DNA from: Octopus vulgaris
Lineage: Eukaryota
Reading direction: 5' to 3'
DNA: 64,000 nucleotides
NCBI GenBank assembly: GCA_951406725.2
Contig: OX597829.1
Span: 4,340,001 to 4,404,000, forward strand
Below the pieces are notes generated by a model that worked only from the letters and a program-made list of their open reading frames with translations, did no database searches and was not told the origin of the DNA. The stretch's first letter is position 1. The number at the start of each line of letters is the position of its first letter. This document shows positions 42,410-56,435 of this stretch, one piece after another. The position numbers were made by a program, and so were the translations under genes.

Positions 42410-42813
42410 CATAGAATGGGTGACAGGCAAACAGAGGGTTACACAGAGTAAGAGACAGACAGACAGACGGAGGGTGTGCAGAAAGAGTCCTGTTTTCATA
42501 CGAGATTTACACCCCGAACTCTAAACCCCACACGCCTCATCCGACCCACCCCCGAAAAAAAAACCACCGCTTTACCGCTTTCCCTTCATTCCGCTACACA
42601 CGCTCCCGCCCCCACACCCCACACCACCCCCACTCGTCTCCCATCGCACCCTAACCCTAACCCTAACCTCACCCCCTTCCCGGGTCCCTTCCACACCCGC
42701 CTCCCTCTCCATCGTCTGTTCGTCTGCCTGCTTGTTTTCCAAGCAGCAACAGTCCCCGTCAGAGCCTACCGTGGGAACTTCTTTCGTGCGACCCACGCGC
42801 TCAACCCCTAACA

Positions 42814-42960
<147 letters not shown>

Positions 42961-42978
42961 CACATACATATATATATG

Positions 42979-43047
<69 letters not shown>

Positions 43048-43205
43048 GTATGTATATGTACATATGTATATATATATATATATATACCTATATATATATA
43101 TATATATATATAGATAGATAGATATACGTATATGTATGTATATATATATATATATATATATACATATGTATATATACACACATATATATGTGTATATACA
43201 CATAC

Positions 43206-43243
<38 letters not shown>

Positions 43244-43257
43244 GCGTGTGTGTGTGT

Positions 43258-43295
<38 letters not shown>

Positions 43296-43499
43296 ATATA
43301 GTTATTTAGTTCCCATCCGCACCCCTTTCCGTTTCTCCTATTTTCTGTTTTTTTTAATGTTTTTCTACTTTTCTTTTTTGTTCATGCGTCCTTCCTGCTT
43401 TCTTTTCTTTTACTTTCCCTTTCTACATTTTCAACGATTTTACATCCCTTTCATCATCCCCATATAGGTGTATGCATGCATGTATATATATGCATATAT

Positions 43500-43600
<101 letters not shown>

Positions 43601-43982
43601 TTAGGTCTCTTTTTACTCATTTACTTGTTTCAGTCATTTGACTGCGGCCATGCTGCAGCACCACCTTTACTCGAGCAAGTCGACCCCAGGACTTATTCTT
43701 TGTAAGCCTAGTACTTATTCTATCGGTCTCTTATACCCAAACCGCTAAGTTACGGGGACGTAAACACACCAGCATCTGTTGTCAAGCGATGTTAGGGGGC
43801 ATAAACACGGGCACACAAACATATACACACACACGCATACATACATATATATATATACGACGGGCTTCTTTCAGTTTCCATCTACCAAATCCACTCAAGG
43901 CTTCTATATTAGAAGACACTTGCCCAAGGTGCCACGCAGTGGGACTGAACCCGGAACCATGTGGCTGTTAAGCAAGCTACTT

Positions 43983-44128
43983 AATTCATATGTATTTGCC
44001 ATGAAGGCATTACAAAGAGGGGACGAACAAGAACAGACAAATATAAAAGGGGGAAGCAGCTGTAGCGATTAAATATTTTCAATTTAACATTTACAATAAT
44101 TTAATAGATATGTTTATAACTTTTGACC
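43983..44128 (-). mobile_element. 3'UTR fragment of the same Tx1 family as 27783-33960, joined to SINE A at the same site
   Basis: The reverse complement closely matches 33814-33960 and continues into aagtagcttgcttaacagccacatgg. Confidence 0.88.
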
Positions 44129-44159
44129 TATATATATACATATACAACTATATATATAC

Positions 44160-44295
<136 letters not shown>

Positions 44296-44478
44296 ATAAA
44301 TATTAGGGAATAAATCCAAATTTACAGGGAAAAATCAGATTTAGGATTGAATCCAATTTTATAGTAAAATATTATATAATATTAATTAGAGACAAAACCA
44401 CTATTATGCAAATCAAACAAAGAAAGACTTAATCCAATACATAAAAAATTTTATATAAATTAAATAAAATTAAGTTAT

Positions 44479-44524
44479 CCACTACAATTGTTTCTTGTCA
44501 CTTCTAAGGACATTCATCAGGTGG
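44479..44524 (-). ncRNA. Type I hammerhead ribozyme, canonical core, in a ~130-bp-arm inverted repeat (44382-44511 / 44559-44688)
   Basis: The minus strand reads CCAC-CTGATGA-aTGTC cttagaagt GACAa-GAAA-CAATTG-TA-GTGG, with a palindromic stem III. Confidence 0.8.
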
Positions 44525-44684
44525 TTTTCAGACCTTCTATTCAATTTTAAATTATGAAGTCCTTAGAAGTGACAAGAAACAATTGTAGTGGATAACTTAA
44601 TTTTATTTAATTTATATAAAATTTTTTATGTATTGGATTAAGTCTTTCTTTGTTTGATTTGCATAATAGTGGTTTTGTCTCTAA

Positions 44685-44728
<44 letters not shown>

Positions 44729-44887
44729 ATGTGTGTGTGTGTGTATATATATATGTATATATAATAATTATAATAAAGGGTTAAATACCGACAAATATGG
44801 TCTTTTCCATACCGACAAATCTACTAGGTAAAATTGATTGATTTTATTAAATTAATTATATTCCACCCTTTATTGAATATATGTATG

Positions 44888-44941
<54 letters not shown>

Positions 44942-45515
44942 CGGCGGGCTTCTTTCAGTTTCCCTCTACGAAATCCACTCACAAGTCTTTGGTTGGCCCG
45001 AGGCTATAGTAGAAGACACTTGCCCAAGGTGCCATGCATTCGGCTTTTCTTCTTCGCCTCAGCTTCTTGTTACAGCGCTTCAACTATCGTGTATCTCGAC
45101 TACGAACTGGTATTTATCATCCTTGTGTCTGAACATTGTTCTAGCGTCCTATTATAGACTTTTTCAATGCTCTGTACTTAATGGAAACACATACACATTA
45201 TGTATATATGACTGCCTGTCTATTATTATTGAGTGAGAGAGTAGTGCATGCCATCAAAGTAACACTGGGGTAAAATATACAAAGGGAAGGTTTACGAAAA
45301 TAAACAAAAGACGCAGGCAGGTAGAGTACAAACAAACAAATGTATTAGTATGGCGCTCAGGAATAGAAATAAAACAAGTCTTTTACGTTTCGAGCCTACG
45401 CTCTTCAACAGAAAGATACACAGAAAAGAAACACGGAGAGAAACACGGAGAGAAACAAGGAGAGAAAACAATTGCGTGTAGGGGTTAAACAACTAACATG
45501 GCGTTAGCCCACATT

Positions 45516-45987
45516 GCCCATCATGACTACCCGTTTGATAAGGGTACATCAGGCACATGCATTACAACCATATGTACGCGACATGGTGATCTCATATCAA
45601 GATAAACAGCACATGACCTTGCAGGTGGGGCCCAGTAGAATTTTCTTCAGGTTGAGTAGCCCATCCCGCTCAAACGGTCCCTGAATAAGGGTTGCTTAAG
45701 GATGTTGAAAGAACCACCCATGTTTCCAGAGGTGAACTATTCAAACCCCTAAGAATCCCTCTCAACACATGGTTATGATGCTCCCCCACTACTTCTGCTC
45801 GTGATCAGAGATGCACGTATCGTCAGCCACTAAGAAACATGCTCAACTGGTTAAGGTCAAACAACTGACAAGCAAATCTGTGGTATTGAGCAGAATATTT
45901 GCTGTAGCCCATCTTTTATACCAAGACAAAACAATGTACATGTTAACACTTCCAATCAGTTAAGATCAGAAGCCATGAGAGCCACTA
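45516..45987 (+). repeat. Unclassified interspersed repeat, probably a retroposon 3' part (minus-strand copy at 55163-55266 ending in a (TAA)n tail)
   Basis: 45903-45987 is the reverse complement of 55183-55266. Confidence 0.55.
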
Positions 45988-45988
45988 C

Positions 45989-46173
<185 letters not shown>

Positions 46174-46336
46174 ATTGATTGATTCTAGTTTCAGCTCACG
46201 AGCTGTGGCCATGGTGGGGCACCGCCATATATAAAACGGGTTTCTTTCAGTTTCCGTCTACCAAATCCACACACATATATATATACAAATGTAGACAGAC
46301 GGATATATAGATAGATAGACAGACAGACACACAGAC

Positions 46337-46390
<54 letters not shown>

Positions 46391-46672
46391 ATAGATAGAA
46401 ATTCAAAACGAATATTATAGAATCAAAGCGTGGCGTGTGGAGAACATAGATGGAAGACGGTGGGAAATTTAACACGCGGGTAGGTGGATCGGAGGTGGGT
46501 GCTAACCAGTAAGTAGTCTTAGCCAAAGTGTGCGAACTGACAGTTAGCAACAAGGAAGAAACGGGGGTGTTGGTAGGGAAGGTTTTTAAAGATGGCGGGC
46601 AGGCGGCCGTGTGGCCGACATTCTTGGGACTAACGGCGCAGTTTGTTAGTGACAGGTCCCTGTTGAAAAATC

Positions 46673-46722
<50 letters not shown>

Positions 46723-47339
46723 CGGAAGGAGGGAGGGAAATAGGCTGACGAGCATTTTGTGAGGGTCACACACGCACACACATATTTACATACTCTCTCT
46801 CTTTTACTCTTTTACTTGTTTCAGTCATTTGACTGCGGCCATGCTGGAGCACCGCCTTTTTTTAATCGAGCAAATCAACTCCGGGACTTATTCTTTGTAA
46901 GCCCAGTCTATTTTGCCGAACCGCTAGGTGACGGGGACGTAAACACACCAGCATCGGTTGTCAAGCAATGCTAAGGGGACAAACACACACACACACATAT
47001 ATAGGTATATATATATACATACATATATACGACAGTCTTCTTTCAGTTTCCGTCTACCAAATCCACTTACAAGGCATTGGTCGGCCCAGGGCTATAGCAG
47101 AAGACACTTGCCCAAGGTGCCACGCAGTGGGACTGAACCCGGAACCATGTGGTTGGTTAGCAAGTTACTTACCACACAGTCACTCCTGAGCCCTTCAATT
47201 TGAAAACTCCACCAGAATGGACGAAAGCGCTTATATATATGATATATGATGTATAAAAACATGTAATATACAAATGAATATCTGTAAATATATAAAACCA
47301 TCCGAATTTCTGAGTACCTCATTTCTTCTAATATAAAAT

Positions 47340-47898
47340 ACCTGTACATCATCTCCAAACCTTCAAATATACATACGTACATATATCCCCCCCACTTCTC
47401 ACCTTTCCTCTTCTCCCTCCTCCCTCCTCTCTCCTTCTCTCCCCTCTTCCCCTCTCCCCCTCCCTCATCTCTCCTCCCCTCTCCCGCTCATCTCCCCTCT
47501 CTACACTACACCATACGACATTACACATCACATCATACATACATACACACGTCCAGACCTTTCATACGCACCACATACTCTCTCATACACACACACACCC
47601 TTATGTTGGGGGCGAAGTCATTTGACCCTGTTATCTCCCCTTTTTTCGCTCTTGCGTCTCACGTTTGGTCTCTGACTTCTGGACAGAATCGCCATGTTGA
47701 ATCGCTAGCTTCTGCACGCATTTTTTTTCTCTCCTTGTTTATCTCCGTGTTTCTTTTCTGTGTATCTTTCTGTTGAAGAGCGTAGGCTCGAAACGTAAAA
47801 GACTTCTTTTACTTATATTCCTGAGCGCCATATTAATACAATTGTTTGTTTGTACTCCACCTGCCTTCGTCTTTTGTTTATTTTCATAAAGCTTCCCG

Positions 47899-47900
<2 letters not shown>
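47340..47900 (+). mobile_element. Non-coding hammerhead-bearing repeat (H2 family), longer copy; a minus-strand relative is at ~10298-10920
   Basis: Shared order: CT/CA-rich stretch, ttgggggg...gttatctccc, tcgccatg, hammerhead, cctgagcg, ccacctg.cttcgtctttt, then (TA)n. Confidence 0.65.
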
Positions 47901-47933
<33 letters not shown>

Positions 47934-47984
47934 TATATATATATAAATGTGTACTTACATATAAGAGAGAGGGTATGTACGCCG

Positions 47985-48067
<83 letters not shown>

Positions 48068-48749
48068 CAAACTGGGACAAGAACGCAAAACATTTAGAAG
48101 ACGATACAAAAAACACGGACGGGCCATTCGAAGCCTTCAATCTTCAGTCAAGAACCGGATCATCCTCGCAATTTCGGCTGATTAATCTTAAGATTGCTCC
48201 AATCTGGCCAGCCCCAAGGAAAAACTAAGCTAAGCGCATTAGATTCCTTGGAAGAAAGCTTCGAATGTATACAAAACAAGGACGGAAAATCGGACGATGT
48301 TACACGAATATGAATACAAAATAATACGTAAAAACAACAACAACAACAACAACAATAATAATAATAATCATAATAATAATAATAACAACAACAATAATAA
48401 CAGGACATCACAAACAGGCGTCTTTCGACTAGGACGAATTAAACTCAGTTGGCGTGTTCCTTGGGACAGAGAAAAAAAATGTTGATGTTACCACGACCGC
48501 TGCCAGATCCAAAAGACCAATAGTCGGTCATATACTCTTTACTCTTTACTCTTTTCCTTGTTTCAGTCATTTGAATGCGGCCATGTTGGAGCAACGCCTT
48601 TAATCGAGCAACTCGACCCCGGGACTTATTCTTTGTAAGCCCAGTACTTATTCTATCGGTCTCTTTTGCCGAACCGCTAAGTAACGGGGACATAAACACA
48701 CCAGCATCGATTGTCAAGCAATGCTAGGGGGACAAACACAGACACACAA

Positions 48750-48780
<31 letters not shown>

Positions 48781-48861
48781 CATATATACGACGTGCTTCT
48801 TTCAGTTTCCGTCTACCAAATCCACTCACAAGGCTTTGGTCGGCCCGAGGCTTATAGCAGA

Positions 48862-48994
<133 letters not shown>

Positions 48995-49108
48995 TTAATC
49001 CAAACGGGAAAACAGAAAAAACAACAACACGTGGAACAATTACAGTATTATTATTATTAGGCGCTCAGAGAGAGAGAGAGAGAGAGAGGGGAGAGATATA
49101 TATAATAA

Positions 49109-49149
<41 letters not shown>

Positions 49150-49220
49150 CAGACCGACAGATAGATAGACAGACAGGCAGATAAATAGATAGATAGATAG
49201 ATAGATTAGATAGATGATAA

Positions 49221-49281
<61 letters not shown>

Positions 49282-49326
49282 CAGACAGATAGATAGATCG
49301 ATAGACAGACAGACAGATAGATAGAT

Positions 49327-51193
49327 ATTTTTTATTATGGCCACGCAGGGCTAAACACAGAAAAGAGACGAAATACAACGTAGAGTTTTTCTTTTCGAGG
49401 TGGGATCGGTGGGACACACAAAGAAAAAGTTCAATCAATAGGGATCGTTGGGCTGTGTGATGTACAAAAAAAAAAGAAATATATAAAGTCCCCCCCCCCC
49501 AAAAAAAAAGAGGGGGAATCGATATTGTTCACAGTTTAGGTGTAGCCTTGGAAAGAAAAACCTACAAAAATGACCAAGGTCATCTCGGGCAGTTCAAAAT
49601 GTACGTAAGAGTAAGTACCTTTCCTCTCGTTTTCTCGTTTTATTATAGATTTATGCTTAAAATGGTGTCGTCTTTCATACTGACCATTCTTGCTACATTT
49701 ACCCATTTTTTATTGAAACTTTCATTCGACAACACTTTCCTTTCTATTCTCATCCTCCTTTTCAAGTGGTACTTAAAAAAAGTTGACGAGAGATTGACCA
49801 GAGAGGAAAGTGTTTGTTTGTAAACCTTTCAAACGCGTCTACCACACGCACACGCATTCTTTCGCCATAGCTATCAGTGTTACCAAAACTTCCCGTTTAA
49901 AGGAAGATAAGCGGGCCCGTCCTACACGCGACAACAGCTGTTCGACGAAGGTCCACAGCTCTGAAATATCGGACACTGCACGAGTGCGTGCAGAACGGTT
50001 TCATCGTTCTGACCGCATCTCGGGCAGGTCGGTCCGGTGGTGGGTTTCGAATCGTGCCTGTAGCTCTTCTCTCGAACAGGTAGTGCGTCTCGATAGCATT
50101 GCCAAGCCAGGGATCTCTGGAAGTTATCCATAGGTCCCGGCCCGAACGTCGTCCTGAAAAGGCGGGTTAGGAATTTCTCGTCGACGCCCAAGAGTTTCGT
50201 CGGACCTCCCCTCCACTTGTCCTCTATAGAACGCTTTGGTCGTTTGGAAGTTGCACAAGTTTTATCCCGGGCGGCAGAGCTGCTGTAGAGCTTGGCGACA
50301 CTCTCGGTGCCAATCGCCCAGTTTCGGTCTCTTTTTGATCCATATTTGCAGTTCGGTCAGTGAGACGAGCTGCGGGAAGGCGCGCCTCACAAACGGCGCC
50401 CACACCTGTTCATCGTCGTCGATGAAGTTTCAGAGATGTCGCAGTCTCAGCGCATGCCTGCGCATAATCAACCACGGCATGCCCAGCCCTCCATTTAACG
50501 GATGTTAACAGCAAATGGATCGCCTCACCATCGGAACGCCACCCTTCCACAGAAAGCGGAAGAGTATGCGTTCCAGTTTCGTGATGGTAGCATCGGAACA
50601 AGGCACGACGGTCAGGCGGTAATCGATGATTGATGTAATATACGCATCAGCCACCTCCGCCCGACCTTTTATAGATAGCTTTCTCTCGGCCCATGTTTGG
50701 CTGAGAGCGACCACTCTACTCATGATCTCGTCCCAGTTCTTATCCATTTGGAGATCCGGACTGAACCAGACCCCAAGCAGTTTAACCGGTCCATCCGTCC
50801 AGCGTCCCACTACTGAGTCGCTGTTGTACGGTATGGGCTTGCTTCTCCAGGTGCCGAGTAGCAAACCCACTGACTTTTCCGGGTTAATTTTTGCTCCCGT
50901 CACCGTTTCGTATTCTTTTAGTGTCTCGCCTAGCATCTCGATGTGCTTTCCGCTGGACACTATGACGATGACGTCCGCATATGCCGACACGCTCGTCCCG
51001 CAACCCAGTTCCCGTGGGATGCTCCTCAGTGTCGCCAGCTTCCGCAGTAGCGGCTCGAGAGTCAATACATACAGAAGCGCCGACAGGGGACATCCCTGAG
51101 GGACCGAACGCGTGTTGTCAAACGGTTTTGATAGGTGACCGTTCACCCGAATTGCCGATCGGATGCCACTATACAAGGCAGCGATCCAACCGC
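49327..51193 (-). mobile_element. 5'-truncated Tx1-like LINE (RT C-terminal half, zinc finger, 3'UTR) ending in (GATA)n
   Basis: Encodes GWIAALYS...QGCPLSALLYVLTLEPLL...SAYADV...GAKINPEKS...CPRCGQNDETVLHAL. Confidence 0.9.
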
Positions 51194-51922
51194 GGACTGA
51201 ACCCGGAACCTTATGGTTGGTAAGCGAGCTATTTACCACACAGCCACTCATTCATACCAATCACATGGGTCCGGGTTCAGTCCCACTGCGTGGCACCTTG
51301 GGCAAGTGTCTTCTACTATAGCCTCGGGCCGACAAAACCCTTGTGAGTGGATTTGGTAGACGGAAACTGAAAGAAACCCGTTGTATATATATGCGTCTGT
51401 GTTTACGTCCCCGTAACGTAGCGGTTCGGCAAAAGGGAAAACGATAGAATAAGTACTAGACTTAGAACGATTAAGTCCTGGCGTCGATTTCTTCGACTAA
51501 AGGTGGTGATCCAGCAAGGCCACAGTCAAACGACTGACACAAATAAAAGAATGTTTTGTGTGTGTTTGTGTCTACGAAGACAGACATATTTGCGCATGCG
51601 TGCATGTGCCTTTAGTGAAGCATTTCCGGAAGTTCTAATCACTGCGTCCCAACACCGATATCACGTGGATAGCAATGGGTTCCTTTGGGTCCCAATCGCG
51701 TGGAACCAGTAATTATTTAGCTGTTGACTCATGAGGCTACCTCATCCACCCTGTTACCCGGTCCTGCGGTTTCGTTCACGTGTTTAGTTCCCCCGGCGGA
51801 TTGGGGAGGGGGATTTAAACAAGACGTGACTTCAGCGGTTGTCAGGTATTATAATAAGCGAATTGCTGAGGCGTGGCCGTTGCTTCGCTAAGATAGGTTT
51901 TTCTGGTGTCGTAGGAGAAGAA

Positions 51923-51957
<35 letters not shown>

Positions 51958-52243
51958 AGAAGAAGAAGAAGAAGAAGAAGAAGAAGAAGAAAAATAATAA
52001 TAAGAAGAAGAAGAAGAAAAATAATAATAATAATAATGATAATAAGAATAATGATAAGAAGAAGAAGAAGAAGAAGAAGAAGAAAAAATGAAGAAGAAAA
52101 ACATGAAGGGTGGAGATATATTCTAATTTTGTTGTTGTTATTCATCTTTTTTTTTAGGGGGAGGAAAGAAAAATTCAGGGGTGAAAAGTTCGGTCGATGT
52201 CGCCATTGACTTCACTTCGTTATTGAAAGGGACAGTGTGTCCC

Positions 52244-52282
<39 letters not shown>

Positions 52283-52337
52283 CGTCTTCATATTCATCAT
52301 AAACATCTTCCGCATCATCATGATCATGAACATGATC

Positions 52338-52369
<32 letters not shown>

Positions 52370-52382
52370 CATCATCATAATC

Positions 52383-52414
<32 letters not shown>

Positions 52415-53281
52415 CATCATAATCATCATCATCATCATCATCACCACCGCCACCATCACCATCTTTTACTCTTTTACTTGTTTCAGTCATTTGACTGTGG
52501 CCATGCTGGAGCACCGCCTTTGGTCGAGCGAATCGACCCCAAGACTTCTTTTTCGTAAGCCTAGTACTTATTCTATCGGCTTCTCTTTTGCCGAACCGCT
52601 AAGTTACGAGGACCTAAACACACCAGCATCGGTTGTCGAGCGATGTTGGGGGGGAAAATTACAGACACACAAACATATACACACACATATATATATACAA
52701 ATATACATATGCATATATACGACACGCTTCTTTCAGTTTCCGTCTACCAAATCCACTCACAAGGCTTTGGTCGGCCCGAGGCTATTGTAGAAGACACTTG
52801 CCCAAGGTGCCACGCAGTGGGACTGAACTCGGAACCATGTGGTTGGTAAGCAAGCTACTTACCACACAGCCACACACTTACTTTGACTCTTTTACTTGTT
52901 TCAGTCATTGGACTGTGGCCATGCTGGAGCACCACCTTTACTCGAGCAAATAGAACCCAGGACTTACTCTTTGTAAACCTAGTACTAATTCTATCGGTCT
53001 CTCTTTTGTCGAACCGCTAAGTTACGGGGACGTAAACACACCAGCATCGGTTGTCAAGCGATGTTGGGGAGACAAACACAGACACACAAATACATATATA
53101 TATATACATATATACGACGAGCTTCTTTCAGTTTCCGTCTACCGAATCCACACGCAAGGCTTTGGTCAACACGAGGCTATAGTAGAAGACACTTGCCCAA
53201 GATGCTACGCAGTGGGACTAAACCCGGAACCATGTGGTTTGCAAGCAAACTACTTACCACACAGCCACTCCTACGCCTAAC

Positions 53282-54030
53282 GTTTCTTATTTTGCCCACA
53301 AGGGGCTAAACACAGGGGACAAACAAGGACAGACAAACGGATTAAGTCGATTACATCGACCCCAGTGTGTAACTGGGTCTTAATTTATCGACCCCGAAAG
53401 AATGAAAGGCAAGATCGGCCTCGGCGGATTTGAACTCAGAACGTTCGTAATTGATAACAATAACAAAGCGGCGAGCTGGCAGAATCGTTAACACGCCTGG
53501 CGAAATGCTTAGTGGTATTTCACCTGTCGCAACGCTGTGATTTCAAATTCCTCCAAGGTCGACTTTGCTTTTCATCCTTTCGGGGTCGATAAATAAAGTA
53601 CCAGTTAAAAACTGGGGTCGATATAATCGACTTAATCCGTTTGTCTATCCTTTTTTGTCCTCTCTGTGTTTAGAACCTTGTGGATAGTAAAGAAATAGTA
53701 ATTTTGTCTGGCGTTACGTTCTGAGTTCAAATTCCGCCCTGGTCGACTTTGCCTTTCATCCTTTCGGGGTCAATTAAATAAGTACCAGTTACGCACTGGG
53801 GTCGATATAATGGACTTAATCCGTTTGTCCGTCCGTGTTTGTCCTCTCTGTGTTTAGCCGCTTGCTGGTAGTAAAGAAATAGGTATTTCGTCTGCCGCTA
53901 CGTTCAGGGTTCAAATTCCGCGCAGGTCGACTTTGACTTTCATCCTTTCGGGGTCGATAAATTAAATACCAGTTAAACAATGCAGTTGATGTAATCGACG
54001 TTATCGCCTCCTCAAGCTGATATTGTGGCA
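53282..54030. mobile_element. SINE B cluster: minus copy 53282-53445, then a plus-strand head with three tandem bodies at 53466-54030
   Basis: ttcaaattcc...gtcgactttgc.tttcatcctttcggggtc is repeated at ~53540, 53725 and 53910. Confidence 0.85.
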
Positions 54031-54226
54031 AAAATTTGGAATCATTATTAGGAGTCCTTATGAGGCGTAGGAGTGAGTGTTAAGTAGCTTGCTTACCAAC
54101 CACATGGTTTCGGGTTCACTCCCACTGCGTGGCAACTTGGGCAAGTGTTTTCAACTATAGCCTCGGGCCGACCAAAGCTTTATTAGTGGATTTGGTAAAT
54201 GGAAACTGAAAGAAGCCCATCGTATT

Positions 54227-54278
<52 letters not shown>

Positions 54279-54999
54279 TGTAGGAGTGGCTGTCTGGTAA
54301 GTAGCTTGCTTACCAACCACATGGTTTCGGGTTCAGTCTCACAGCGTGGCAACTTGGGCAAGTGTCTTTTACTATAGCCCCGAGCGACCAAAGCCTTATG
54401 AGTGGATTTGGTAGACGGAAACTGAAAGAAGCCCGTCGTATATGTGTCTGTGTTTGTCCCCCCCAACATCGCTTGAGAACCGATGCTAGTGTGTTTACAT
54501 CCCCGTAACTAGCAGTTCGGCAAAAGAGACCGATTGAATAAGTACTAGGCTTACAAAGAATATGCCCTGGGGTCGGTTTGCTCGACTAAAAGCCAGTGTT
54601 CCACATGGCCGCAGTCAAATGACTGAAACCTGTAAAAGAGTTAAAGATTATACTGCCTCTGTATGTACGTGTGTGTGTGTGTGTGTGTGTTTGTGTGTGA
54701 GGTTGAGAGAAAGAGAGAAAGAGAGAAAGAAGATGTGAAGAAGAGGGTCAAAAAGAAAAAGGAGTGGCGCAGCGGGTACCAAGAACCCTATTCATCGAAT
54801 GACACGAAAGATCAAATTTAAATAATACGCTTGTCACTCTTAAGGGACCGAGAATCCGAATACAGTTGACTTTTGACCTTTCGACCTCTCTTGGCTATTG
54901 ACACGGTAGCAAGGACTATACGACCTTCAGGACTATATGACCCGTTCACACACACACGAGCGCACAATACGCACCCAGAGGTGTGTATATAATTATCAG

Positions 55000-55162
<163 letters not shown>

Positions 55163-55271
55163 GCCGTGATGAAGTACCAGGCAGTGGCTCTCGTGGCTTG
55201 TGATCTTAACTGATTGGAAGTGTTATCATGTACATTGTTTTGTCTTAGTATAAAAGATGGGTTACATCCAA

Positions 55272-55365
<94 letters not shown>

Positions 55366-55470
55366 CATATATATATATATATCATATATTGTTTATTTTC
55401 GTAAACCTTCCCGTTATATATATATATGGGTATGTGTGATTGTGTGTCTACTCATATATAAACACACATA

Positions 55471-55523
<53 letters not shown>

Positions 55524-56368
55524 TACACATATGTGGGTATATATTTGTGTGTGTGAGTTCACTGGAATCGCTTGACTACCGATGTTGCTGTGTTTGTGTC
55601 CCCGCAACATAGCAGATCAGCAAAGGGACACGGATTTAACATGTACTAGGCTTACAAAGAATAAATCTCTTGGGACGGTTTATTCAACTACAGAGGGGGA
55701 AAAATGCCTTTCAGGCTGTATGGTAAGTAGCTTGCTTACTATAGACTCGGGTCGACCAAAGCCTTGTGAGTGGATTTGGTAGACGGAAACTGAAAGAAGT
55801 CCATCGTATATATATATATATATATATATAGGCGTAGGTGTGGCTGTGTGGTAAGTAGCTTGCTTACCAACTACATGGTTTCGGGTTCAGTCCCTCTGCG
55901 CAGCACCTTCGTCAAGTGTCTTCTACTATAGCCTCAGGCTAACCAAATCCTTGTAAGTGGATTTGGTAGACAGAAACTGAAAGAAGCCCGTCGTATATAT
56001 GTTTATAGGCGTAGGAGTGGCTGTGTGGTAATTAGCTTGCAAGTGTCTTCTACTATAGCCTCGGGTCGATCAAAGACTTGTGAGTGGATTTGATAAACGG
56101 AAACTGAAAGAAGCCCGCCGTATATATGTATATAAATATATATGTTTGCGTGTATATGTTTGTGTGTCTGTGTTTGTCTCCCCCAAACATCGCTTGACAA
56201 CTGATGCTGGTGTGTTTACGTCCCCGTAACGTAGCGGCTCGGCAAAGAGACCGACAGAATAAGTACTAAGCTTACAAAGAATAAGTCCTGGGGTCGATTT
56301 GCTCGACTAAAGGCAGTGCTCCAGCATGGCCACAGTCAAATGACTGAAACAAATAAAAGAGTAAAAGA

Positions 56369-56435
<67 letters not shown>

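Noticed and set aside
48120-48200. CTGAAGA...GAAT motif on the minus strand (related copy at 5506-5570) as a hammerhead
   Set aside because: I could not establish the GAAA core or stems I and III, although the host repeat may be Penelope-related.
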